Shown one piece after another: positions 14,335 to 23,521 of a stretch of 24,186 bases of DNA. Numbering within the stretch: position 1 is the first letter of the stretch; every line of letters starts with the position of its first letter. The position numbers and the translations under genes were made by a program. The notes under the pieces were generated by a model. It was not told where the DNA came from and searched no databases. It saw nothing but the letters and a program-made list of their open reading frames with translations. This DNA is from Pseudomonadota bacterium (GTDB lineage: Bacteria > Bdellovibrionota > FAC87 > UBA2466), in assembly GCA_043767805.1 (NCBI GenBank), contig JAYUGC010000155.1, positions 1 to 24,186 on the forward strand, written 5' to 3'.

Positions 14335-15933
14335 TTACGTCCCAAATTTCATGATTGGCTGGGGCTTTCCGACCATCCGCGCGACCGCCGCCTCCGCGGA
14401 CTCGACGGCGCCGTTCATGTAACCCTGGTAATCGAGGCTGCAATGCTCGCCCGCGAAAAAGAGCCGCCCATTCAATTCCGTCTCGCCTTCGCACCCTATA
14501 AAGGAGGTGTATTGCCCCGGTTTCGGACAAGTGTAACTGCCGCGCGAGTAGGGAAGGCGTCCCCAAGATTTGTACGCCCGGCTCGAGTCAAAGGACCGCA
14601 CGCCTTGTCCATGGACGGACTCCAAGGCGCGTAAGGTGTTTTTTACTAGATGAACATCGGGATTGAGTCCCGCTCTGCCGCCGATGAACGAAGTGAGGAT
14701 GCCGCGCGCGCCGTTTTGAAGGCGGCTCGTCTCCCAGATTTCGTGGCTCGAGACGTCCCAAAACATTTGGCCCGTGGAAGCCGGAGCATGGGCCGAAGCC
14801 CGTCTCCAAAAACGATCGCGAAAGCCGAGCATGAGCTTCGCGTTGGTGCCGTAGCCCAGCTCGAAAACGCTGCGGCGTTTAGCCGCGGAGAGCGCAAGCG
14901 ATCGTATGCCCCCGACTTCCCGGAGCGTCGAGAAGGGAAGCGCGAGCAAAACGCGCCGGCTCTCCACGGAGCGATACCCACCGCCAAAACAGGCAAACGT
15001 GAGCCTTAGATTCAAATTTTTTTCGCGGATGTCGATGAGCGGAGCGCCCAAATGCATCGGCACCCGGCCTTGCAGCGCTCTGGCCAAGGCTTCGGGAAGC
15101 CGCTGATTGCCTCCCCGCACGCGCTTGGCCTCGTCGGAGGCGCCGTAGAACTTCACTCCGTCCTTGGTGGAAGGCTCGACCAGCACTAAAAGATTCAAAG
15201 CGGATTGATCCGAAGCTTCCCCGCCGTACTCGCCGACGAAGGCGCGCTCCACGAGATCGAGAACCCAGCCGTCGACTCGATTGCGTTGAGCTTCCAAATA
15301 CGCTTTTAGGGAGAGCTTATCCAGACGTAAGCCCTCGGCTCCCCCGGGCTCCAGATAAGTCGGCGTCACGAGCTCTCCGTCTTTCGATAAGACGCCGATG
15401 TCGGCGGCGAGCCCTTCAGCGAGCGGAGCGAAACATCGGCTTAGGTCTTCTTGAGAGCGGATACGCCCTCCGGCGAAATAGAGCTCATGCTCAAGGCCCG
15501 CGTCGCCCGCGATGAAATCATCGACCTCGACTTTTAATTCGGCGCAAAGTTTCAAAAGCGCCTCGTGAGAGGAGTCGATGAACTCTCCGCCCAGCTCGAC
15601 GAACATCTTGTCGGCGTTGAAGCCGTTCAAAGTTTGCATGCGCCCGCCAACCCGGGTGGCGGCGTCGAAAATTTCGCAAGGGATACCGGCCTGAGTGAGG
15701 CGGTAGGCCACCGTGAGGCCCGCGACTCCGGCGCCGACGATGAGCACTTTTTCGGAAGACCTCAGCCATCTGGGGATTGCGCCTAGCGCTTGATCCGCGA
15801 GCAGTGCCCCTGCCGCGAGTCCCGCGCCCGAGAGAAATTGGCGGCGGCTCAAGCCCGCTTCGCGGGGAGACGCCGGGGTTTGAGTGCTTTCCCGGAGCAG
15901 TTTCGACAGAGACCTGAGCAAGGGCGATTTCAT
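14335..15933 (-). CDS. Flavin monoamine oxidase family protein, Tat signal
   Basis: SRRQFL twin-arginine motif; IVGAGVAGL; RVGGR; ELGGEFI; FAGEH...GYMNGAVES. Confidence 0.93.
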   Translation of the reverse strand: MKSPLLRSLSKLLRESTQTPASPREAGLSRRQFLSGAGLAAGALLADQALGAIPRWLRSSEKVLIVGAGVAGLTVAYRLTQAGIPCEIFDAATRVGGRMQTLNGFNADKMFVELGGEFIDSSHEALLKLCAELKVEVDDFIAGDAGLEHELYFAGGRIRSQEDLSRCFAPLAEGLAADIGVLSKDGELVTPTYLEPGGAEGLRLDKLSLKAYLEAQRNRVDGWVLDLVERAFVGEYGGEASDQSALNLLVLVEPSTKDGVKFYGASDEAKRVRGGNQRLPEALARALQGRVPMHLGAPLIDIREKNLNLRLTFACFGGGYRSVESRRVLLALPFSTLREVGGIRSLALSAAKRRSVFELGYGTNAKLMLGFRDRFWRRASAHAPASTGQMFWDVSSHEIWETSRLQNGARGILTSFIGGRAGLNPDVHLVKNTLRALESVHGQGVRSFDSSRAYKSWGRLPYSRGSYTCPKPGQYTSFIGCEGETELNGRLFFAGEHCSLDYQGYMNGAVESAEAAVARMVGKPQPIMKFGT

Positions 15934-15996
15934 GGCATTACCTCTTCCTGAAGAGGCACGCGGAAATTTTGGGGAAACAGGCTCAAGCGGAGAAAT

Positions 15997-16524
15997 CTAG
16001 TGCGCCGACGATTGCCCGGCTAGCATTTTAGCTTCGATCTCGAAGGAAACGCAGCGGTGACCCGGCCGGGAAGCCGGAGCGGATAGCGCGGGAGGCAAGG
16101 CGCCGCTTTTTTGAAACAAGCGCTGTCCAGACACTCCTTGAGAGATGAGAAAATCCGCGGTCGCTTTCACCCGCGCCTCGGCGAGGTGCCGGCTCGCCTC
16201 CGGGGTTTCCCCATCGTCCGCGCGGCCTTCGAGGGAGACCGTGGTATCGGAGTACTCTCTCAGCCAGCGAGAATGCCGCCTGAGTAGCGCGCGCGCTTTG
16301 GGACCTAAAGTCGGCTGGGTCACTTTGAAATAGAGAGTGTCCAGGATGTTGTGGTCACCGCACTCACCGGTCACCGCGGGCTCGGGGCGAACGACGCTCG
16401 GCGCGAGCGTCGTTCCGGGCCGGCTCGCGGGAAGGCGCGACGCTTCCTGGGGCACCATCGTGGCGCAAGCCGCCAACGCTAAAGACGCCCACAGGGAAAG
16501 AGTTACGGAGCTTCGCATCGTCAC
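15997..16524 (-). CDS. OmpA/Pal-like lipoprotein (divergent)
   Basis: Lipobox LAAC; TLYF...LEGRADD...LAEARVKATADFLISQGV resembles the OmpA_C/Pal domain. Confidence 0.8.
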   Translation of the reverse strand: MTMRSSVTLSLWASLALAACATMVPQEASRLPASRPGTTLAPSVVRPEPAVTGECGDHNILDTLYFKVTQPTLGPKARALLRRHSRWLREYSDTTVSLEGRADDGETPEASRHLAEARVKATADFLISQGVSGQRLFQKSGALPPALSAPASRPGHRCVSFEIEAKMLAGQSSAH

Positions 16525-16544
16525 CTGGTCATTTTACCATGCCC

Positions 16545-17681
16545 CTAGGGCTGGAAGTTGAAGGTGTTCAGCCCGGCCTTTACGGGGAAATCGAAGGCCG
16601 GGACCATTTTGAAAGCGATGTCGGAGTTGCAAGCGATTTCGTTCGTGCTGTCGTCGATGCGGAAAGCCTGGCTGCGATCGACGCAGAAGTTAAACGGGCC
16701 GCTGCCCCAGTACATTTCGCCTTTGTTCCACTCGCCGTAAAGCTTCACGCTTCCCACGTAGCCGCCGAGATTGGTGGAGACGCACTCCTTGGGCTTCAAG
16801 GAGAGCCAGCCGATCGAGCGCCAGAGGCCGCCCTCGGCCGCCATCGCGCGGGCGGTGAAAAGCGTCTTCTCCGTGGTGTTACAAATCTTCAAGGTCGTAT
16901 CGACTTGCTTGCGCTCTAGGTCGACGGTCGTGGTGCCCAAACCGATTTCCACTTCGCGAGGACTCACCATCTCAAATCCGGTACCGAGGCAAGACGACGA
17001 AACGTCCGCGTTCTTCAGATCGAAAGCCAAAGTGCCGTTCATGCAAACTTTCGATGCGGTTCCGTCCCAAGTAAAGGCGCCGCCTTTCGCAAAATAGGAA
17101 ACGGGGCCCGTGTACTTACCGACGACGACATCGTGGCATTCTCCGCCCGCGATTTCATACCAGCCTTTGGAGTGAGTGCCTTCGGAGCCCGGATGGGCGT
17201 AGGCCGCAAATACCGAGAGGTCGGGGTTCTTGTTGCAAAGCCGGAGCTTCGAGAAGTTGGGCTCGAGATTCCACACCGTCGTCCCGGATTGCACGGTAAC
17301 GGCGTCCGCGCTCACTTTTTTCTGGCCCTCTTCAGAGCAAGCCATGGAGTCGGCGTTCTTGAAGTTGAAGGGGGCGCCGTCCACGACACAGAATTGAACC
17401 GGGCCTTCGCCCCAGCTCGTCTCGCCAAACTCGTCCTGCGCGTGGAGATACACTTTGCCGACGTACGTTTTCAAATTCTGGTCCAGGCACTTTCCCGGCT
17501 CGACCTTGTACCAGCCCACCGATTGCCAGCCCGCTCCGCCACCCATCTGACGCATCGTCGCCGCGTACACGGCGCGATCCGGGTTGTGGTTGCAAAGAGA
17601 AAGCACGCTGTCCCCGGCCCAAGCCGAGCCGGACCAGCTCATGGAAACCAGAAAGAAGCCTAGAATGAGTTTGCTCTGCAT
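16545..17681 (-). CDS. Secreted protein with three tandem DUF1036-like domains
   Basis: Signal peptide; three units of L/ICN...GWxxxxxxxC...YxG...W...FC/VC...F. Confidence 0.85.
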   Translation of the reverse strand: MQSKLILGFFLVSMSWSGSAWAGDSVLSLCNHNPDRAVYAATMRQMGGGAGWQSVGWYKVEPGKCLDQNLKTYVGKVYLHAQDEFGETSWGEGPVQFCVVDGAPFNFKNADSMACSEEGQKKVSADAVTVQSGTTVWNLEPNFSKLRLCNKNPDLSVFAAYAHPGSEGTHSKGWYEIAGGECHDVVVGKYTGPVSYFAKGGAFTWDGTASKVCMNGTLAFDLKNADVSSSCLGTGFEMVSPREVEIGLGTTTVDLERKQVDTTLKICNTTEKTLFTARAMAAEGGLWRSIGWLSLKPKECVSTNLGGYVGSVKLYGEWNKGEMYWGSGPFNFCVDRSQAFRIDDSTNEIACNSDIAFKMVPAFDFPVKAGLNTFNFQP

Positions 17682-17764
17682 AGATCCCCCACAAGGGGAT
17701 CGGACTCTCGCGCCTTAGAGCTGAGGCTGAAAAAATGCTTTTATCGTCACAGTGGAGCCGGGCG

Positions 17765-18313
17765 TCAGGCCGGCCAGAAATCCTTCAAACGCTTGAGGAT
17801 CGCGGGCGTGCCCATAGCGGCGAGCGTCTTGGTGTTGCGAATGGGAATCTGCGCGAGCTCCTCGGGATTTCCCGCCACTTCGGTCACGCTCACTTCTCTG
17901 AGTAAGTGAAGCATCGGGTAGGGAGAGCGATTCGTGTAATTCTCGGGAGCGTCCTCCCCGGACTCCGCGAACTGAAACGTGGGATGGAACCCCACGAGCT
18001 GCACCGTTCCGCTGAGTCCCATGTCGAGGACCAAGTTTTCCGCGACGCCCAGGAAATCATTGAAGTCGAGAAAGTCGGGAAGGGCGTTCGGGAAAATCAG
18101 AAAGCTCGTTTCGATCTCGTTGCGGCGGCTACCCACCAACGTTTGTAGCTCCCGGGCGAGCTCCCTCAAAATCGCGGAAGCCTCGGTCGTCTCCGTCACT
18201 TGATAACGGATGGTGTCCTCGTCAAAAACTCGCTTGGCGAAGGGACAGAGATTCAGGCCGACGATCCAGGACTCTATCCAGCGGCGGGTATTTTCGGCGG
18301 GTAGATCGTTCAT
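17765..18313 (-). CDS. DUF1415 family protein
   Basis: TRRWI...VGLNLCPFAK, QLVGFHP, NYTNRSPYPMLHLLRE, IPIRN; start moved to ATG 18313 to avoid overlap with the SDR gene. Confidence 0.92.
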   Translation of the reverse strand: MNDLPAENTRRWIESWIVGLNLCPFAKRVFDEDTIRYQVTETTEASAILRELARELQTLVGSRRNEIETSFLIFPNALPDFLDFNDFLGVAENLVLDMGLSGTVQLVGFHPTFQFAESGEDAPENYTNRSPYPMLHLLREVSVTEVAGNPEELAQIPIRNTKTLAAMGTPAILKRLKDFWPA

Positions 18314-18320
18314 GTGGGTT

Positions 18321-19214
18321 TCAGTCCAGGTAACTAAAGCCGACCATCGCTTCGGAGATTTTCCAAAGGTGCTCCGCGACTTTGGTGTCGTGGGCGGACG
18401 CCTTGGCTTTGACTCGCTTCGGCTGCCCCTTGATCTCCAAGAAACCGTCGGGGCCATAGTACTCGCCTCCGACGACCGCCGGATCGAGCGCGGCTCTCAA
18501 AGACGGAAGCGCGCCTTCCGCCGGGCCCTGGCCGAAGTAGGGATTCAGGAACGTGAAGATCTTCGAGTGCACTTGCAGATTGGACCTAGTCCAGCCGGGG
18601 TGAGAGGCCACTGCGATGGTGGTGGCATTCACGCGGCGTAGGCGGCGCTCCAGCTCGAAAGTGAAAAGGAGATTGGCGAGCTTACTTTGCGAGTAGGCGT
18701 TCGTGGGCGAGTACTTATTCTCCGCGTTCAAATTTTCGAAATCTATTTTCCCCCCGCGGTGCGCTTGGCTGCTCACGGTGATCACCCGAGATCCGGGAGT
18801 GGAGGTGAGCGCTTCGAGGAGCCGTCCGGTCAATAGAAACGGTCCCAGGTGGTTGGTCGCGAACTGCAGTTCGTAACCCTGAGGCGTTTTTTCGAGCGGC
18901 GGAAACATGACGCCCGCGTTATTGAAAAGCAAATCCAGGCGATCGTACTTATCGCCGAACTTTCCCGCGAAGGTTTTCACCGACTCCAGATCGGAGAGGT
19001 TCAAGGTCATCGTCTCGACTTGGGCGCCGGGGTGGGTTTTCAGGACGTCCTGTCTGGCCGCTTCCGCTTTCGAAGCGTTCCGGCAGGCCATGACGACTTT
19101 CGCGCCTTTGCTCGCGAGAGCCCGGCAGGTTTCCAGGCCAATTCCGCTATTGCCGCCCGTTACGATCGCCACGCGATCGGCTTGCGCCGGTACCGCTGCT
19201 ATAGAAAATTTCAT
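18321..19214 (-). CDS. SDR oxidoreductase (retinol dehydrogenase/WWOX-like)
   Basis: TGGNSGIG, NNAG, TNHLGPF, YSQSK (YxxxK), HPGW. Confidence 0.95.
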   Translation of the reverse strand: MKFSIAAVPAQADRVAIVTGGNSGIGLETCRALASKGAKVVMACRNASKAEAARQDVLKTHPGAQVETMTLNLSDLESVKTFAGKFGDKYDRLDLLFNNAGVMFPPLEKTPQGYELQFATNHLGPFLLTGRLLEALTSTPGSRVITVSSQAHRGGKIDFENLNAENKYSPTNAYSQSKLANLLFTFELERRLRRVNATTIAVASHPGWTRSNLQVHSKIFTFLNPYFGQGPAEGALPSLRAALDPAVVGGEYYGPDGFLEIKGQPKRVKAKASAHDTKVAEHLWKISEAMVGFSYLD

Positions 19215-19220
19215 GGGAAG

Positions 19221-19249
19221 GGTTTAACCGAGACAGGGGAGGCGGTCAA
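19221..19249 (-). promoter_or_regulatory. Sigma70-like promoter, probably leaderless
   Basis: TTGACC-17 nt-TAAACC, then 6 nt, then ATG 19214; no SD. Confidence 0.55.
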
Positions 19250-19261
19250 AGCAAGGAAGGA

Positions 19262-19570
19262 TTATTCGGCGGCGAGCGCTTCGGAGGCGAGGTCCGCGTC
19301 CAGGCGCTCGGGAAGCTCGGAGGCTTCCATCGTGTCCATCGCCGGCTCTTCGTAAGCGGTCTCGAGGCCGCTGTCCGCTTTTTCCGACTCGATACCGAGG
19401 GCGCCGCCTAGAATGCGTCCGAAGATGGGCATACCCAAGATCGGCTTGAAGTGGGTTATCATGGCCGACCTTTGAGTCATGGTGTTACCTTCCGCCATGA
19501 CGAGGGCGTCGTAAGTAATGCCGAGAGCGGCGAAAGCTAGGACCATCACGACTAGAATCATGTGCTTCAT
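19262..19570 (-). CDS. Hypothetical membrane protein with acidic tail
   Basis: 102 aa; N-terminal hydrophobic helix; sigma54-like motif upstream. Confidence 0.7.
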   Translation of the reverse strand: MKHMILVVMVLAFAALGITYDALVMAEGNTMTQRSAMITHFKPILGMPIFGRILGGALGIESEKADSGLETAYEEPAMDTMEASELPERLDADLASEALAAE

Positions 19571-19588
19571 AAGGGTAAGCCTAGGTAG

Positions 19589-19604
19589 AGCAGAAACGAT
19601 GCCA
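19589..19604 (-). promoter_or_regulatory. Sigma54-like promoter
   Basis: TGGCAT-CGTTT-CTGCT 18 nt upstream of ATG 19570. Confidence 0.55.
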
Positions 19605-19838
19605 CCCAGAATACGGCGATTGATGCCTGAGGGAGTGTCGAACGTTTCGTCATAATCCGAACCCCTCCGCCTTTGGTTTCCAATTTCGGGCAGTTAACTC
19701 GGCTACCTCTTATCCAAGGGGTTTTGGGGCTCGGTCCACGCTTAAAAGGGCCTGTGTCCGCGAGGCTTTACCTCCGTTCGGGACAAATCTGGTGTCCAGA
19801 GCTTAGGCAGCGCGAGACCACTTCCACCCAGGCATGGT

Positions 19839-20141
19839 ATGAAGCCGGTCATGCAGATTTCATTCGAAGCGGAAGGCTTCGCTCCCCTCGAAGTTCCCGA
19901 GGGCGCCGCACTCTCCGACGTTTTGGACGGCCCTCACTCGCCCGTTTTCTTCGGCTGTAAGTCGGGGGACTGCGGGACGTGCTTGGTCGACGTCGATCCC
20001 GAGGGGTTTCAAACTTTGCCTCCTCCCTCAATCGAGGAAAAGGCGTTGCTCGACGTGTTCGCGCAAGATCGCCCCACGGCGCGCCTCGCGTGCCAGCTTT
20101 TGGCGACCCATCCGCTGAAATTGAGATTTAGAGCGGTCTGA
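19839..20141 (+). CDS. 2Fe-2S ferredoxin
   Basis: CKSGDCGTC (C-x4-C-x2-C) and RLACQ; start may be ATG 19851. Confidence 0.92.
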   Translation: MKPVMQISFEAEGFAPLEVPEGAALSDVLDGPHSPVFFGCKSGDCGTCLVDVDPEGFQTLPPPSIEEKALLDVFAQDRPTARLACQLLATHPLKLRFRAV

Positions 20142-20149
20142 TCTTTAAA

Positions 20150-21004
20150 TCAGTCCCACTTGATTTCGCCTTTGGCGACCTTCGCTCCGAGGTCGACGGC
20201 GACGACGAGGCCGGCCTTCGCGTAGCGGGCGATCATGGCGGCGATGAGCTCGGCCGAGTTCCGGGCTTTCGGGAGCTCTTCGTCGAAGGCGATCAAATAC
20301 TGTTTGGTGTGCTCGATGGCCGAAGCGTCTCTCGGAGAGCCGACTTGGTAGTGACCCGCGATGACCGTTTCGGGGGCAAGGGCCGCGAGCTTATCGAGAG
20401 CCGCGATCCAGTTCTTGCGGCTTTCCACCGTCGAGTCGGCGGTCCAGGCGTGGGCGCCTCCGTACACGACGTCGCCCGCGATTAGGGTTTTCTGCGCGGG
20501 AATCCAAAGGACGCTGTTCGCGGCGGAGTCGCCGGCGACGGGGCTCAAGACTTCGATTTTTTCGCCGTCGAGCTCGAGGTCACCCTTGAGCGGGGAGGGC
20601 GTCAGGAGTTTTTTCGGGCCGTTCGCGCCGAGCTTGGGGCCCCAGACGGCGAGCTTCTTTTTCGCGGTGGCTCTGAAGTCCGCCACAGTGGCTTTCGCCG
20701 CCACGATCTTTACGGCCGGAAACGTGGTCTTGAGCGTATCGAGACCGAAGTAATGATCGGGATGAGCGTGGGTGATGAAGATGGTGGTGAGCTTTTTGCC
20801 GGATTCCAGCACATCGGCCGCGACCCGAAGCGCGTTCGAATTACTAAATTGCGCGTCGACCAGAATGGCCTCTTTCTCTCCGAGAATCAGGGTGGAGGTG
20901 ACCAAGAACCCGTTCTCATCGGCCGTATAGACCTTGAGACCGAGGGGCTTTGCCGAAAGGAGAGAGCCAACGAGACACAGGCCGAGGACGATGAGGTTTT
21001 TCAT
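20150..21004 (-). CDS. Exported MBL-fold metallo-hydrolase
   Basis: Signal peptide; ILVDA, THAHPDH, AGDVVY, IAGH. Confidence 0.92.
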   Translation of the reverse strand: MKNLIVLGLCLVGSLLSAKPLGLKVYTADENGFLVTSTLILGEKEAILVDAQFSNSNALRVAADVLESGKKLTTIFITHAHPDHYFGLDTLKTTFPAVKIVAAKATVADFRATAKKKLAVWGPKLGANGPKKLLTPSPLKGDLELDGEKIEVLSPVAGDSAANSVLWIPAQKTLIAGDVVYGGAHAWTADSTVESRKNWIAALDKLAALAPETVIAGHYQVGSPRDASAIEHTKQYLIAFDEELPKARNSAELIAAMIARYAKAGLVVAVDLGAKVAKGEIKWD

Positions 21005-21028
21005 GGAGCTGGAGATTAATGCACTGAA

Positions 21029-21958
21029 TCAGTTTGGCAAGACCGATCGTAAGCTTTCCGAATAAGAGGCGAGATCGGGGCCCTTCACGAGGCCTAGGGC
21101 TTTCTTTGCGGCGGCCCGCGCGGGCCGCAAGCGATGCTCGGAGTAATAAGCGAGGGCGAGGTTATGCCAGGGGGCGGGAGTCTCGGGATGAAACTTCGTT
21201 GCGTTTTCCAGCGCCTGGACGGCGCCTTTGTAATCTTTCGCGGCGTAGCGCACGTTCCCCATTCCTATCCACGCGCCGAGACTTTCGGGCCAGCGTTTCA
21301 AGATGGTCTGGTAGGCGAGGGTGGCTTGCGGATTTAGGCCCAGGCGCTCCAGGGCGGCGGCGGCTTCCAGGTGATCCACTTCGTCCGCCGTGTTGGAAAG
21401 CAAGGTGGGCGGAAGGACGACGACTCCCCAGTATTCGGCGAGCTCCCAGCTCAAATCGAAACGCTTCATCCGCATCGTGTCGGCCTCGTCCGAGCCGGAG
21501 TGCAGAATCAGTCGCGACGCCTCCAAGTCGTAGCCGATGGCCACCGCGTAATGCCATTTCGGGTACCAGCTCAAGCCGAGGTTCTGAAGGACGACTACCG
21601 GATGACCGTCGGCGATTTCCTTGAAGAGGCTTTTGTAGTTGCGCACGGGCAGGGCGAGAAAACCGCGGCGCCGGGCCGCGCCGAGCAAATCCATTTGAAA
21701 CGTGCCTTCTCGCTCCGGCGTCATCAGCTGGGAAGCGAGTTGATCCGGGGAAACGGGATCCCCCGCCCATCCTAGGGCCATGGCGAGGGACGCGGGGCCA
21801 CAGTGATTTCTCTCTTGCTGGATGAAGGGCACGTTCGGAACGAGAGAGGAGTCAGGGATCCCCACACGGGAGAGACCAGCCCGATCTAAAGAGAACGTCG
21901 AGCAGCCGACGAGCAAACTCCCGCCTAGGACTAAAACCAGCCGCCGGAACGATCTCAT
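21029..21958 (-). CDS. PA2778-family C39-like cysteine peptidase lipoprotein with TPRs
   Basis: Start ATG 21958 gives lipobox LVGC; VPFIQQERNHCGPASLAM, VLQNLGLSWYPKWHYAVAIGYD; TPR-like C-terminus. Confidence 0.92.
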   Translation of the reverse strand: MRSFRRLVLVLGGSLLVGCSTFSLDRAGLSRVGIPDSSLVPNVPFIQQERNHCGPASLAMALGWAGDPVSPDQLASQLMTPEREGTFQMDLLGAARRRGFLALPVRNYKSLFKEIADGHPVVVLQNLGLSWYPKWHYAVAIGYDLEASRLILHSGSDEADTMRMKRFDLSWELAEYWGVVVLPPTLLSNTADEVDHLEAAAALERLGLNPQATLAYQTILKRWPESLGAWIGMGNVRYAAKDYKGAVQALENATKFHPETPAPWHNLALAYYSEHRLRPARAAAKKALGLVKGPDLASYSESLRSVLPN

Positions 21959-22311
21959 CGGTAGATCAGGATCAAGATGATGCCGATCAGAACGAGCGCG
22001 CCGAGTCCGAGATAGATGCCGTCGCCACCGGCCGGAAGTTGATCCATCCGGGAGGCGACTTGGCGGACTTCGCTGTCCGAAAGGGCGGCGACACGGGTAC
22101 CGGCTTCCTCGGTACTGACTCCCCATTCCACTAATTTATTTTTCACTTCCGTGCGGTTCAGCCAGCCGGCGATCCGCGTCCGTTCGGCGCTCAAGTCGGA
22201 GACGACTTTTTCCGTCGATATCATCCCCGCGAATGCTTGAGTGGCCGGCAAGGTGATGGTGATTAAAGCGATCCAGAAAGAACGAGCGAACGAAGTAGTG
22301 TTGTGTTTCAC
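21955..22311 (-). CDS. PA2779-family protein
   Basis: GTG 22311 with GGGAG RBS; signal AFA-GMIST; RVAALSDSEV...LPAGG then hydrophobic tail; ATGA overlap with the peptidase. Confidence 0.9.
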   Translation of the reverse strand: MKHNTTSFARSFWIALITITLPATQAFAGMISTEKVVSDLSAERTRIAGWLNRTEVKNKLVEWGVSTEEAGTRVAALSDSEVRQVASRMDQLPAGGDGIYLGLGALVLIGIILILIYR

Positions 22312-22342
22312 GGTTAGGACTCTCCCTTTTAAAGGCAAACTT

Positions 22343-22358
22343 AGCAAGGTGCATGCCA
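22343..22358 (-). promoter_or_regulatory. Sigma54 promoter of the PA2779-PA2778 operon
   Basis: TGGCAT-GCACC-TTGCT 31 nt upstream of GTG 22311. Confidence 0.7.
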
Positions 22359-22457
22359 CGAGGTATGGGCTGGGATCGCTGTCCCGCGGGCGCTCCCTTG
22401 TTGCAAATTGCCAGCAAGAGCTCGCTATGAGCCGACAAAAACAGGGGGATTGTCTCG

Positions 22458-22826
22458 GTGCTGGGGGAATGTGGTATACCCCGGGGCGTGCTTCCCACGG
22501 AAAACGAGCCCATTTGCCTAATTAGCTTCGAGATCACGGCCATTCTTTTGAATGGGCGCCCGGACACCCGTCCCGGCTTTTGGAAGGCGTACCGAAGAGA
22601 GCTCGAGCTCAATGAGAAGACGAATTACGCCAATTACCACACGCACCTTTGCCAGCATCAGCTGGCGTCCTTGAAAATCGATCGCAGCGTTCCGACTTAT
22701 TTCCGTAACGGCCAGCTGACCATCGGGAAAGACGCGGGCAACTCCATGGGACGGGGCGATCATCTGGAGCTCCCGGCGAAGTTCAAGGCTCCCGTTAAGA
22801 ACATCCTTCCCCTCGTTCCTGCTTGA
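22458..22826 (+). CDS. Hypothetical protein
   Basis: ORF ends 3 nt before yaeQ; likely start GTG 22488 (TGG-TATACC-7 nt upstream); no recognised motif. Confidence 0.6.
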   Translation: MLGECGIPRGVLPTENEPICLISFEITAILLNGRPDTRPGFWKAYRRELELNEKTNYANYHTHLCQHQLASLKIDRSVPTYFRNGQLTIGKDAGNSMGRGDHLELPAKFKAPVKNILPLVPA

Positions 22827-22829
22827 GCC

Positions 22830-23372
22830 ATGGGTTCACCTTCCACGCTTTACCGATTTCAGATCCAGCTCTCCGATGTCGCTCGCGGGCTCTATGAAAC
22901 GTTCGAGCTGCGCGTGGCGATGCATCCCTCGGAATCGCTTCCGTACTTATTGACCCGGGTCATTGCTTACGCCCTCAACTACCAAGAGGGACTGAAGATC
23001 ACCCAAGGCCTCGCCAATCCCGACGAGCCAGCGCTTGAAGTGCGCGACCTCACGGGGCTCATTCAAGTTTGGATCGAGGTGGGCACGCCTTCCGCGCGCC
23101 GCCTACATAAGGCCTCGAAAGCTTCGAAGTCGGTTCGTGTCTATACGTACCGGGATCCCGAGCTCCTGCTAAAGGAAGCCAAGGGCGAGACCATTCATCG
23201 CGCCGAGACCATCGAAGTCTTCTCGCTGACGCCCGCGTTTTTAAATCGCCTCGCCGAAACTTTGGACAGAGACAACGCCTGGGAGCTTCTCATCGACGAC
23301 GGAGAGCTCTCGGTCACGGTGAAAGAAACCATCGTGAGCGGCGAACTTAAGTCCCATTCTCTCCAGGGCTAG
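22830..23372 (+). CDS. yaeQ: YaeQ family protein
   Basis: LSDVARGLY, AMHPSES, DEPAL, WIEVGTP, RLHKASK, VYTY motifs; 180 aa. Confidence 0.93.
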   Translation: MGSPSTLYRFQIQLSDVARGLYETFELRVAMHPSESLPYLLTRVIAYALNYQEGLKITQGLANPDEPALEVRDLTGLIQVWIEVGTPSARRLHKASKASKSVRVYTYRDPELLLKEAKGETIHRAETIEVFSLTPAFLNRLAETLDRDNAWELLIDDGELSVTVKETIVSGELKSHSLQG

Positions 23373-23521
23373 CCCTATCCAGCAATCGTACGCCGCCTAG
23401 GCAGGCGAGGTGCCGTATTACGTCGCTTTTGGCGTAGACCAGGCTGAAACACCCTGGCGGCCTACTTGCACATTTCAGGGTTCGGCCTGAAGTCTGCCTT
23501 GCGTGTAGGCATGGAGTTTAG

